From NCBI GenBank assembly GCA_000182565.2, contig KQ257455.1: a stretch of DNA of 64,000 nt; one strand, given 5' to 3'. Shown piece after piece: positions 36,305-49,216 of this stretch. The stretch is from Spizellomyces punctatus DAOM BR117 (taxonomy: Eukaryota). Position numbers and translations under genes: made by a program. Numbering within the stretch: position 1 is the stretch's first letter; each line of letters starts with the position of its first letter. Under the pieces are notes generated by a model. It searched no databases. It was not told where the DNA came from and worked only from the letters and a program-made list of their open reading frames with translations.

Positions 36305-37916
36305 TTCCAATTGCTGAAATTCACACCCAATTCAGTAAGATGCCTTTACAGTTTTCGTCAATTCCGAAATTCTCCATCTTCATAGAAAATCCCAACGTGA
36401 TCTAAACACATGACTCTCACATGATCGTATCACGTAATCGGATGGTGTCAGCGTAGATGGATGGTCGGAGTGTATCAGCTATCATGTAGGTACAAAGAGG
36501 GACAGGTCATCGTACATGTATCATCTTACACATGTATCCAACGGACAGTCTACAAATAAAAAAATGGGTCAAACATTTTAATAGTTTATTGTCTTTGGCC
36601 TTAGCACTACCATTCGCAAACACCACCAAATGCAACCTGTATCGAATATGCGTGATCATCTCTTGCAAAAGTGAATTAGAAACTTGTCTGTGAGGGTGGT
36701 TTTCATGCCCAAAGATACTTGTTGTTGTTGGTAGGGCACACCCGATACAATGCAAGAATGTTTTTGTCGACCCCGTTGTAAGTTCTGCTTTTGTTCTTTT
36801 TGTATGGAATTATAAAGGTTGATTGTTGTCAAAGAATACTTTTTTGCAAACGTAAAAGACCGAGAATGTAAAAAACTAATAGTGAAATGTTTTTTTTTTT
36901 GCTCCTCCCGTTCCTGTTCCCATTGTTGACATTGTTCCATCAACAAATAATTCCACGACGACCCCATAAAATAACAAAAAGCGCTACAGCCTGGTTGTCC
37001 CTAGTCAAGAACTCTGGGTGGTGGAGGAACTCTAAACTGGTGCCATATGTTTCGGTATATCGGGAAGGGACATAATATACAAGCTCCCAGGAGTGATATT
37101 CGTTCTTTTTCAACATCTTTATAACAAGTTGTCTGATTTTTTAAGCAGTTATTGTTCGTTGCGCTTGTCCCGCTATATAATCGTCAAATGTCTTGTCAAT
37201 TTTCGCCTGTATCCAAAAGAAGACTGGTCATATCTTGAACGGAGATTTCCACAATTTGGCTATGCTGTTTGGAAAATGGGGTAAACTCTGACCAACAAAC
37301 TTTAGGAAATCACGCACAGCATGGACTGATCAACCCAACGCCGTAACGCCCGCATCCCCAACTCCTACTCGGGTTCACCTTTAAAAGATTCTTTTTTGCT
37401 TCTACCCCAACCTATCTAACAGAAAACCCCCTCCTTTTAGGGATTCCGAGGACCCTTGCACGCATTAGCTAAAACCTGCCGATAAGTATCTTTAAACTGT
37501 CACTCTTCCATGATCGAACGCTTGATATGTCATATCCCCCCAACCTCGGAATATTGGCTGTTCATGCTAAACTTAAACTAGAAAAACGGATTGTTTGTAT
37601 TTTTCAGTGTTCTTTTGCATTGCCATGCCCCGGTTCAACACTTGATACTCCAACTAATTCTTTAATTCGTTACGTTAATCCATAACGAGGGTTTTGGCGA
37701 CGGTTTTAGCGAATCCATGTCCCCAACCGTTCCAACTCGCTCGCTAACTCTTACACGAAACCCTAAAACGAAACCCTTAACCATATTTTTCAAATTCACA
37801 CTACTACACCCACCAAATACAGAAGGTCCGAGCCAGTCAGATTCTCTGCTTTGAGGTCGGGATACCCTTCTTGTAAATGTAAGCGGCTCAGGATAGCATG
37901 TGGTATACCATCCCAA

Positions 37917-37924
37917 TATATAAA
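37917..37924 (+). promoter_or_regulatory. Putative TATA box of the small secreted peptide gene
   Basis: TATATAAA about 96 nt upstream of ATG 38020, followed by an A/C-rich leader. Confidence 0.55.
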
Positions 37925-38019
37925 GGGTCACCTCAGCAACGAAATCATCTCGCAAATCATTTACAAATCAGATCTCAACCAACCAAACGCAAAAAAAAAA
38001 CGATTATAACAAAATCACC

Positions 38020-38232
38020 ATGGTCAAACTCCTTGCCGTTATCATCTTTGCCCTTTCTGCTACGATCGCGAATGCCGCCAACTGCGCCTGTCTAAGCGAG
38101 GCTGGTAAAACTCTTCAAGGAACCACTAGATTATGCTGTACGGATGGTGCCTTGATGGGGGTAACAAAGTGCATCAATGCTCCACCTACGATGCAAGACT
38201 GTTGCAGACCTGCTGCTTTTCGATGTTTCTAA
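38020..38232 (+). CDS. Small secreted cysteine-rich protein (70 aa, 8 Cys)
   Basis: Signal peptide MVKLLAVIIFALSATIANA; mature part with pattern CxC-CC-C-CC-C; ACCATGG start context. Confidence 0.8.
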   Translation: MVKLLAVIIFALSATIANAANCACLSEAGKTLQGTTRLCCTDGALMGVTKCINAPPTMQDCCRPAAFRCF

Positions 38233-38820
38233 AGTGCTCCCCGGTTTTGTATGTTGTGTAGTTCAAGTACAAAGACGTTTGTAAAATACAAGTTGAACTG
38301 TTAGGTAGTGAATGTAGAAACACTTTTTGTATAGTCAAGTACATTCTCTGGGATTCTGCCCACTAGATACTAAAAGCACAATGTGATCGTAGCTAGTTTG
38401 CAGCCAGCTTGTATATTAAATACATGCTCACCATTAAAACAATACCTTGAATCATTGTTTTTATTATTCGATTGAGATCCACTCTTGTAAAGTATTCTGT
38501 TCAATTACATGTTTGGGGTAAGGACACATACTGGAAAAAACGTACGGATTCATATCTCTCATCGTGGTGGTTTGAAAATACTTGCTGCATGTAGTGAAAA
38601 TAGAAACTTACAAGTGCTTCCAATAGCATATAGGCATATAACCTGCACACTATCCAAAGCATGCAATGGAACACTATCACACTCAGTCGCTGATTTCAAC
38701 CAAAACTACCCACATTCGAATGCCCACGTGAATCCGAACGCGTGTCATAAACTGCCTTTCCATTTCAACGCTTTCGTTTGGACTAGCCATCATCTTGTGT
38801 TGTCTTTAAACATTTTCATT

Positions 38821-39837
38821 ATGCTATCCCACGCAACATCCTGTCCCGTCCAAGCACCCGTTGAACACCGGTTCTCGCCTTACACCGATAACGGAGGGTA
38901 ACGTAAACATTCACGCCCATCCCTACACGAAAAAAGACGGAATAATGATTGCTTGGGGCCCGTAGGACGACGTTGGCGATTGCAGGAGATGATTTCTGTG
39001 TGATTGCCGGTGATACGCGCCAGAGTGAGGGGTATAACATTAATACCCGGTACGCACCCAAAGTGTTTCAATTGTAAGTTACAATTCGATAAAGTGCGAG
39101 ATTGCTTGTTCTTTCGGTTACGCGTTATTGACATTTTATTCGAGGTCGAATGGAGCTGTGCTTGCTACGGGGGGTATGTACGCTGATGCCGTGACGTTGA
39201 TGAAGAGGCTTGAGCAGCGGTTAGAGGTGTGTACTGCCGGAAAAAAACTAGAGTATGCTGAGTGATTTGGTAATGTGGGTACAGTGGTACAGGCACCAAC
39301 ATGAAAAGGAAATGTCGTGTGGAGCACTCGCGCAAATGCTGTCAACTATTTTATATCATAAACGGTTTTTCCCCTATTATGTGTGGAATACGTTGGGGGG
39401 TTTGGATGAAGAAGGTATGTTGTTCCTTTTTTGCCTTTGCGTGCGGTTGGTGAAAATCTAAAGTTCTAAATATACTGGTGTATATAGGACATGGAGCGGT
39501 ATACAGCTACGATCCCGTGGGAAACTATGAAAAACATAAATGGAATTGCTCTGGGTCTGCTGGACATTTAATTCAACCGTTTTTGGATAACCAGGTATCG
39601 TTCGTACGACACTTTTGTTTGTCGTTGGTTTTCCCTCATGTATTTTATTTCTAGATTGGCTTTAAGCATCAATTGGCCAATGCCACATCTCTCACGATCC
39701 CTCAAGTGCTTAAAATCACTAAAGATGCTTTCACGTCCGCCACGGAACGGGATATTTATACGGGCGATTATTTGGAGTTGTTTGTGGTGACCAAGGAGGG
39801 AATTACCAAGGAAAAGTTTGAGTTGAAAAAGGATTAA
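38821..39837 (+). CDS. PRE7: 20S proteasome beta-6 subunit (PSMB1/PRE7)
   Basis: [69 protein letters not shown]. Confidence 0.96.
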
Positions 39838-40137
39838 TGAAAAAGTTTTTTCTGTGTATGCCTGTGTGTGCCTGTGTGTTTTTTAAGTGCCTGGCTTTAT
39901 CTTCTCCCCTTGAACGTATAGATCATGCGAGGAGAATCGCGAATCATGTATCACCATGCAAATAGGACTTCAAAGCTAGCGCTATGCGTCCTTTGTTTAG
40001 CCACAAGGGCCGGCTGTCCATTTGGTGCGTTTGACTTTTGCTCAAAAATGCATGCCATATGTATGGGTCGTACATCCATTTTAAACAACATCTATCAACC
40101 ACATCCGCTTCTCACCATCTACCTCTTGCCACACATC

Positions 40138-41395
40138 TCACACTGGCCTACACTCCTTTTTCAAGTCCACCACCAAAAACTTTTCTATCAACCCTAAAAA
40201 TGCCTGCCATCCACACAACCCCATCTCACCACACCCCAAGTCTACCACTTGTCCATTGTACAGTACCTTTACCCCCTTTTCACCCTCCCCGCGTGTCCAG
40301 ACTTCAAATACAAGATGAGAAGCATAAGGAGGCCACAAAACCGGCTCAAAACCCAACACACTCAAAACCCCCGAAATAGTGGTATCATGGGCAGAATAAT
40401 AGTACAGTTCTTTTTTACCTTCCTCCATAGTCTGCACGAGTTCATCCAACAATGGCCCAACCCGAAGCCCAAGCTCAACCGTCCGTGTGGCATTATATTC
40501 AAACCGTAACCACCAATACGCCAGTCGCACCACCTCCTCTTCGACACCCAACTTTTCCTTTCCCCAACAACTCCTACATTGAACAATATCAAACCATCTC
40601 TCCAAATCCCTGTATTCTACACCCATTTCATTCGATAACCCCTTTGCAACCCTCTCCGCCCTCTCCTGATACAATTTATATTCCCTCGTCCTCCTCGCCG
40701 CCTTGTAAACCTCCACTACCCGCGGACACACCAGCGACAAGGATAACGTATCCACCGCTTTAGGATAAATATACAAAGGAATCGCATCCCCTTTTGGTAC
40801 CAACCCAGTTAAAAACGCCTGGGCACCTTGAATTGTCCTCCATACGTCCGTACTCCGCGCCATCACAGGCCATTCACCATAAATATCCGCAAATACTTTC
40901 CCGAGTGTGTGCATTTGGTGTATACCCCGCACAGATAATTGCCCCGTCATACACGTTCCATTCCATAGATGCGTTTCTGGTAGTGTCCGGAGTATGGGTC
41001 GGGCGTTTGGGAGGATTGATGATGGTAAGGTGAGGTTGTCAGATGGTTGAGGACATGTTGTCCATATTTCTGTTGGGATGTGTGTAGAGGGTGCGCGGTC
41101 GCCGTGTCGGGTTATGATGTAGAGTTGGTGTAATGTCCATGGTGGTGGGACCTATCACGCCTATATTTAAAATGTTGTTTTTCGGTTTTGGTGATCGTTA
41201 GTGATTTTGAGTTTCACCTACTTTGTTGTATACAGACGGCGATGGATACGCTGCTTGGCAGTAATTGTATCCTGATGGAAACAATGGTGTGTCCACATCC
41301 CAGTAAGTTGCATCCCAATCAAAAAGGGTATGATAATAGTAATAGTAAACGCCAAGACATGTGCTAATGACCGCAACACAAATGTGAAGCAACAT
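40138..41395 (-). CDS. Histidine acid phosphatase (branch 2) with N-terminal membrane anchor or signal
   Basis: ITRHGDRAP (about 41090-41117), CMTGQLS, ARSTDVWRTIQGA, YSAHDTT. Confidence 0.92.
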
Positions 41396-41550
41396 TGGTC
41401 AAAAAGATGTAAAAACGATGACGGGGTGTCCGAATTCATGTCCGACAGGGTATTGTAAGCATCCCCCCCTCTACGCGTTTTATAGACTTTTGAGCATCAT
41501 CTACTGCATCAGCCATTTACATTTCACTTTTTTGTTTTTCTATTATCATC

Positions 41551-42583
41551 ATGTCATCCTCTCCATTTCAAGAAGACCGTACGTATCCACACTTTACATC
41601 TAACACAAAAAAGCAGTCGACACTAACCATCCTCTTAGTCCTCACATGCGCCATATGCTCCGACATTTACACCAACCCAGTCAAACTCCCCCAATGCCCC
41701 CACATTTTCTGTAAAGAATGTCTAGAACATACTCTTCAGTACGTACTTTCCTCCACCTCTCTCGTCTACACAACCCTGTAACTCCTCTCATTTTAGATCC
41801 TGCGCACGGAAATGCCCCCTTTGTAATCGGTTTGCAGGAGGAGGATACAGAAGAGCACTCCCCCAACTCGCACTATCACAAACATGCGATGCATATCGTA
41901 AATATCTTGATCAAACTCGTCCGGTATTGAAATCGACGTTTACGGGTGGGTGTTCATTGGAGACGTTGACACTCAAGACGGGAGAAAAGAAACCACGAAA
42001 CGGGGTTCAACAATGTGAGATTAGTGTACCGTGTGAGAAATCGGATGTCAGACTACGAGGACGACCGAAAGGGGCTACGAAGAATCCTGAGCATATCTCA
42101 GCCGGGACTACAAAGAAAACTGAACATATCTCACCCGGGACTACAAAGAAACCCGAACATATCTCACCCGAGACGACAATAGAGGAATCGAATAGCAGAT
42201 TACGAGGGCGACCGAAAGGGACTACGAAGAAGCCTGAGCATATCTCACCCAGGACTACAATAGAGGAACCCATTACCAGATCACGAGGACGACCGAAAGG
42301 ATCTGTCAAGAAGCCCGTCGAACATCCACCGCCCATTCTTGTAGAAGATACAAACACCAGACCACGCCGCCATCAAAACATGTTAAAACCCCAGACAGTA
42401 CCAGCAGATCGACCCCGACCATCAAAACCAGAGTCCAAAGACCATAAAAATACGTCTCAAAACCCTTCCAAACGAACCACGACCTCCACAGACACTGAAA
42501 ACAAGCCCCCATTGGCCCTCCATATTGAACTTCGCTCTCGGAGACAGTTAAAGCGCATGGCGGACCAGTTTGAACACACCTGA
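41551..42583 (+). CDS. RING-finger protein with three AT-hook motifs
   Basis: LTCAICSDIYTNPVKLPQCPHIFCKECL..CPLC across an intron; RGRPKG three times in the C-terminal half. Confidence 0.8.
42050..42300 (+). repeat. Nested coding tandem repeat (33-nt TTKKPEHISPG units within longer AT-hook-bearing units)
   Basis: GACTACAAAGAAACCCGAACATATCTCACCCGG-like unit present four times; ACGAGG(A/G)CGACCGAAAGG present three times. Confidence 0.88.
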
Positions 42584-42875
42584 ACTCTCTCTTGGGAAAT
42601 TCAAAAAAAGACATCTAATCAAATATATATGAGGTTGCAACATGGCTCGCGCATCATCTCTTTTGTTTTTAAAAACATATATCTAATTAGGAGGGGGTTG
42701 GTTCGGTATTTTCTGTTCTTCTCCTCACACCATTTGTCAACAACAAAGAAAAAAAAAGTAATCCAAATCACCCAATACGTTCCGGTATGAAACCACATGA
42801 TATGGCAAAGACATGAGTGTTTTTTGAAATATTTTTTTTCTCTCTTTTGTGGGTTTGGCTAGTGGTAGGACATGT

Positions 42876-43852
42876 TTAGATGGCTTCGGTCAAGAGCCGG
42901 TTGAGCTTGCTGATCTTGGACGAGACGGACAGGTCAATGGTCTTGTCTCCAAAGTCAATGACGAGACCACCCAAGATGTTGGGGTCGACCTAAAGACACA
43001 TGTTAGACTGGCATCGTTCTAAAAAACGAAAACACAAAGCATTTACCTTGTTCGTGAGGATCAATTTGGCGTCCTTGTCGAGGAGGTTGCTCTTTTGCAA
43101 GATGCCTTGAAGTTGGCGCGAGGTCTTGGCGTCCAATTCCTGTTTCGAGGGTCAGATATCGATTAGTAACGGTGTTTCATCTCTTTGCCCGTCCGTTTCT
43201 GTAGGATCCATGTCATTTCACATTGAGCAGGCCAGCCAACTGGGAGCGTTGGCTTCGATCCTTTCAACCCTCCTCTCATTATGTCTTCCCACCCCACCTA
43301 GTATTCATTCCAACCCACCTTTGCAGAGATAACGGTAACTGGAACCTCGCGACGGTACGCAGCCATCAACTGCTCAAAAGCCCCCAAAATCTTGCTGGTC
43401 TGGTCCAAACGACCATTCTCAGCCAACAAGTCAAAAAAGTTGCGAGTAATCTCCGACACACGGCCTTGGACAAGACTCTGCACAATGCTCTTCTTGGCCT
43501 TCTTGTCCACAAGAGGCGATTCCAACAATGTCTTTGTCTTGGGGTCCTTGTCCAAAGTGGCCTTGAGTTTGACGAGCTCGCTTTCGACGGATTCCAGTGC
43601 ACCCTTCTTTTGGGCGGCAGAGTAGAGAGCTGTGGCATAGCGACCTTCGATACCGTGGAGAGCCAACGGGATTTGAGACGAGGCGGGGGCACTGGCGTAG
43701 GCACGGACAGCCTGTAGGCAAAAAGTGATGAACGGTTAACCCTCGGTTTTTCTTGTCATGCCCCATCATAAACCGTTAGAACCATCATCTCAACCTACCT
43801 GGCTCAACGGCGCACTCTTGACCAGAGCCGCAGATCTCCTGAATACGTTCAT
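42876..43852 (-). CDS. ATP5: Mitochondrial ATP synthase OSCP subunit
   Basis: [57 protein letters not shown]. Confidence 0.96.
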
Positions 43853-44096
43853 GATGTGCAGATTACGACAAAGGAAATGTTGCGAACCTATCGCGTTTCG
43901 TCCTGCTAAATGGGCCCTTCCCTTCTCCAAGACCCTCCAATGTGGAAGACGTCGGGCCGTCCTCGTTGCCATGGATATTCTCCAACTGTCACGTGGTGTC
44001 ACGAGACAAATGACTGCGCGCAGCTGGTTGAGTCTTTGCATAAGGCCAAGATGGTTTTGGGCTTCTTGCATAGAAGTTAGATTTTATCCCTTGACC

Positions 44097-45193
44097 ATGG
44101 CATCTTCAGAGCACGACTATTACGCCCTTTTGGGTGTAACATATGAAGCGACCGCTCAGGAGATAAAGAAGGCATATCGAAAGAATGCCTTAAAGTATCA
44201 TCCCGACAAGGTCGGCGCAGATAATGAGCAAGCAGGTATTGTTAATTGGTGAGCACATGATAACTTTAGTTATTCAACTGCTAACAATGTCATCATTTGA
44301 CATGTTCAAACAAACACAGCGGAAATGTTTCATCTCCTTACCCTCGCATCCGATACTCTCGCCGATCCAACCAAAAAATCCGCCTACGACACCCTCCACA
44401 AATCCCGCATCGCCCAGAAACGAAAACTAGAGCAAATGGACTCTCACCTCCGCAAAGCGCGTCAAGATCTCAATGACCGCGAACAAGCAGCGAAACGCGC
44501 CAAAGATACGGCCTTTATGGCGGCCGTGCAGCGTAAAAATGAGATTGATCGATTAAGGGAGGAAGGACAACGGAAAGTACATGCAGCTGAGGAGCAACGG
44601 AGACAAATGTTTACGGCAAAAGTGGACGCTGCGAAACATGAAGCAAATTTGCGAAAAGTGCGAGAAGGGGCCAGTGTCATGGACTGTACGCTCAAAGTCA
44701 AGTGGAAAAAGAAGTATGCGGATTTTACCAAAGAAGATTTGGAGATGGTTTTTGGAAAGTACGGAAAAGTAGAGTCTGTTATAATGTCCAGTAAGGGAAA
44801 GGGAACGGCCATGGTCATTTTTGACTCTTTACTGGATGCGGTATGTACCATATTCGCGCATTTGCACTTTTGTTTGGCGCCGTCCCTGGACTCATCGCTT
44901 TGTTTTTTAATTGTTAGAGGTCCGTCATGAAGGATCAAGCATCTCCAAATTTCCGCAATCTTCAGGTAGTTTGGGCCGCTGGTGAGGAGCCATCCATTCT
45001 TAAGAGTCTAGATTTGGATCCGCCATCTGAGAAGGGCACAACACAAACGGGCACCACATCCGAAGAAACCAAATCAGCTGGATCTGAATTTGGATTCGGA
45101 TTTACTGGATTTGCAGCTGGTGATGCAGATGATGATTATGAAACGATTACCCTTCTCAAAATGCAGCAAGCTGCAAAGACGGCTAGCACATGA
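44097..45193 (+). CDS. J-domain plus RRM protein DNAJC17/Cwc23 (spliceosome-associated)
   Basis: [24 protein letters not shown], coiled coil [29 protein letters not shown]-terminal [10 protein letters not shown]. Confidence 0.88.
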
Positions 45194-45354
45194 TTGGGCA
45201 TACTCGAAATGTCTTTTGCTTTCATCCCTGTGCAAAGATGGAATGCCTCGACAACGATATGCAAATCGAATCCCTGTTCACGCGTCATCACGCGTGATCG
45301 GGCTAGAATCCATTTGCAGATATCATCTATTCACACGCACTCCATGAAGGTAGT

Positions 45355-47004
45355 TCACATGGTTCCTCGAGGACCAAACTTATCCAAGGCCCGTACACCC
45401 TGTTCCTGCCACTCTTGCTTCGATACCCAGAACGCCTCTCTGTTCTGCATAATACCTGCCAACACGGCACCACCCAAGAAAACGGCGTGTTTACGATTCG
45501 GTGGGTCTGCGACCTTTATCTTGAATTTCTGTTACGACAAAAACGGTTATCATGGGTTGCGAAAATTGTGCTAGTTGAACGCAACAGAAACTTACACTCA
45601 ACCGGGATGTGTCTCCCTTCAAGACTCGCTCCAAGTATAGCTGCTTTAGCTCCTTTTCCATGCGACTGGGAAGACCAGGGTACATAGAGGTTCCGCCAGA
45701 TAGTACAATTTGCTTGAAGAGTTCAGGGCGGATATCAATGTCAGCTGATTGGATAGTGTTGAATAGGAGCTCTGTATCACAATCAATAATGCAATTAATG
45801 CAGTGCCTCCACTCATTCCACGAGTCATTTTCTCAATATACCTGCAACTCCAGGGGATTCAACATCTACGAGATGTGGTGAAAAGAGAGCCTCGGGAGCT
45901 TGGAAACGCTCTGCACCAACTTTGATCACGCGACCGTCCGGTAGCTATGATGCGTGAACTTGTAAATGATTCGCATGACTCCTATTCTCAACTCGCAGAT
46001 CACCTACCGTATACTGCTCTACCAAAACAGTTGTATCATTGGCTAATCGTTGTTCTAAATCTAGGTCATATCTGCGATAGATAGTACACAGTGAGCTGGG
46101 GTTCCACGTACCACGCGAAATGGAATAACAATAGCATACCCAACGTAACAAAGCTTCTCTTTCAGCGTACGGACAGTTTCAAAATCGGCCGTTCGGTTGA
46201 AAGCATAACCGCGCAAGAGCAAAAGCTTGATGAGATACCGTGTGATGTCGCGACCAGCAACGTCCAAACGGCGGATCAAGTGAGGAAGTGCGTATCCGTC
46301 ATACACAGGTACAATGTGCGTCACACCATCACCAGAGTCTACTACAACTCCGGTTTGCATTCCTGATAAAGCCACAGTTAAATATATGTAATCTGGAAGA
46401 GATGCATCAGGGTTAAAGCATTCATACCTTGAGCGTAGAGGGTCAATACGGCCTGAATCGCAACATACACTCCATTGAAGCCATAGTGTTCAAACATCGT
46501 TTCACACATCCTTTCCCGATTGCGCTTTGGATTCATTGCCGGTTCAGTCAACATTATTTTATGGTCAGCGTAATTGGTAATCTTCAATTTTTCTTGAAAT
46601 GTGTAGTCCCACAGATGAAGCATATCGTCCCAGTTTCGTACAATGCCGTTCTCCATTGGATACGCCATTTGGAGCATGCTTCTCACAGCAGCTGCCTCAT
46701 CCCCAACCATGATATCTTTCAACTGAACATCTCCAATAGCTTCTTCCGACCGAATAATGGGACGTCCAATTACAGCCGGGAATATTGCTTCAGGAAAATT
46801 GGCACCAGCAAAACCGCATTTGACAAACTGTAGAGAAGAAAGCGTAAGGAGGTGTTGACTTGATTGACGCGTCACAACAATGAAAGAAGCGCCAGTAGGC
46901 GTGGCACCACCCAAGGGAATGCCGTAAATGTATCAAGAATTGGATAAGAGGCCCCTGCTTACCCCAGTCCCGTTATCGCAGACGACGATTTCTCTCGTGG
47001 CCAT
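45355..47004 (-). CDS. ARP2: Actin-related protein 2
   Basis: [75 protein letters not shown]. Confidence 0.97.
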
Positions 47005-47362
47005 GGTTAATAGACGATCAGGAGAAGGTGTGGGTCTGCTAGTGAAACGGATGTCTCTGCTCTCTGCTGGCTTCCTTCACAATCACAACACCTCACAAGA
47101 AGATTGCAAACTAAGATAAAGGGCTGGACGAGGCTGGGTTACACTGTGGAGTCCAGATAGATGGCCTGCTGCCTGTTGTGATGGCGATGGCTAACAGTCA
47201 AGGCGCTTGGCACGCCATCATGCGCGGAACGCCACGACATCCTATCACTGTGCCATTCTAAACTGGCACAGCCACTGTGTTATTTAGGGAAACCATGGGG
47301 ACGTGAAAACCGACATCGAGAAATCTGCTGGACTGAACAACTGATCGCTGGTTTCCAACACA

Positions 47363-49093
47363 ATGTCGCTCGTTTCGTGGAGACGAGGCCCCGCTCTCCT
47401 TCGGCAAACGTGCGCTGCCACATCCTTCCGTCGTGCGTACGCAACGGTTGGAGCAGATCGCGCATACGATTTGGCTTTGCAGGTTTTGGAGTCAGAACGT
47501 AATGCAGTACGAACTCAGATCGCGGAGCTCGAACGACAAGAGAAAGATGGAAAGATTGGAGAGAAAGAACAGATAAATCTGACCAAGAAGCGCGTGGAGC
47601 TTGCCTACAGCGATTTGGCCAATCATGCCGCCTTTGCCAGTGGAGAAGGTATATCAAATGATGCTCATTGGGATAAAGGTTGCGTTATTGAACTAAACTC
47701 TGCTACCACGTTAAAAAGTCGATTTGACCAAGGACGTGTTCGCCTCAATGCACCACCGCCGGTGGCGATCCTTTTTGGTTCCACAATTACTCAAACTTGA
47801 AGAAGAGCACCGGGTGATTGGCGATGCCCTTCCTGCGCGCATTGCACCGGAAGTCAACTTTGAAGTCAATTTCCAAAACACCAAATGGCTCTGCCCTTAC
47901 GGCCAGCCTGTTCCACCAGTATGGACGCTTTACTCACCTGAATTAATTATCACCACGGGTGATGATAAGCTCCGACACTTTACGATAGCGTTGGTGGATT
48001 TGGACCGTCCCGAGCTTGAAACGCAGTCCTATGAAGAGTGGTGCCATTGGCTTGTAACCGATATTCCAGTACAAAACCGTCTCGTAATTCCCGGTGGATC
48101 CTCACCTCTTCTTCAACCTGCATCTGACAGCGTCCAAAAATCACTTGCTGGTGCGACCTTTGTTCCCTCCCAACCTGCCCAAGAACCCAATATTCCCGGA
48201 AATGTCGTCTTCCCTTACGTTCCCGCCCACCCTCCGGCATCAAATCCGCGTAAAGTGCATCGGTACTTCTTTGCGGTGTTGGAGCAGCCTACACCGAGTT
48301 TAAAGATTGATATGGAGAGCGTGAAGCAACAGGCGATTGCGGTGGCTGAGCAGTTGAAGAAGAGGGAAGGCAAGAAGGATATTCCCATGTGGCAGAAGAG
48401 TGTTGAGGGCGAGGGGGAGAAGAAATTGATGGTCCGGGAGAGGTAGGTGGCCCCATTGATACGATAATCAAATGAGACATCTGACATATTCATAACCTCG
48501 CAGAGGCGTCCTGTTCCCTACTACCAAGTTCATAAATCAGTATGGTCTCGAGCTGAAAGGTCATGGCTTCTTCACAGCTGGTTGGGATATCCACACCCCT
48601 GCCGTATTCTCTCGATTAGGTAAGAACTTCGTGAGTATCATTGAGTTTTGAATGAGAACTTGAACTAGTTGGGTCAGGTATCCACGAGCCGGTGTATGGG
48701 AAAATTGGCAACCAGACGCCTACTGAAACTGTGCGACAGCTCGAGACAGCAACGGAGCTTGCGGCCAGCTTGCCAGCACCATTGGCATCTCTTTCCACCC
48801 AAGCCCTAAGAAGTCTCAATTACGCCGAACGACCACGCGTCGCCCCTGCTAGATTGGCGACGCAGCGTGGGCTGGAAGCTGAAGCTCGGCGAGACAAGGA
48901 GGCCGCTGCAGGTCGGAAAAAGGGCAAAAAGGAGGTGGCGCGTCCTCCAGCAGGTCTGAAAAAGACCCCGCGGTTGACGGCTCTTGGTGCAGCTGCCATG
49001 GTCAGAACCAAGGAAGGCGATATCGCACAGGGTTACAAAGGAGAGCTTGTGCGAAGTGTGAAGGAGAAGCGGTATAGGTACAAGAATGTGTAG
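47363..49093 (+). CDS. Mitochondrial ribosomal protein mL38 (yeast MrpL35), PEBP domain
   Basis: Mitochondrial-type presequence, helical N-terminus, FTIALVDLDRP..WCHWLVTDI, YVPAHPP..HRYFFAV, FFTAGWD. Confidence 0.8.
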
Positions 49094-49216
49094 ATAGCCT
49101 AAACTCTTTGCATGCCCATTATACATGAACTATTTAGAAGTTAGGTATTCATCGCACTAGATACAGCCTAACAAAATCCACATGAATCAATATCTATTTG
49201 AAAGTGATCATGGCTA

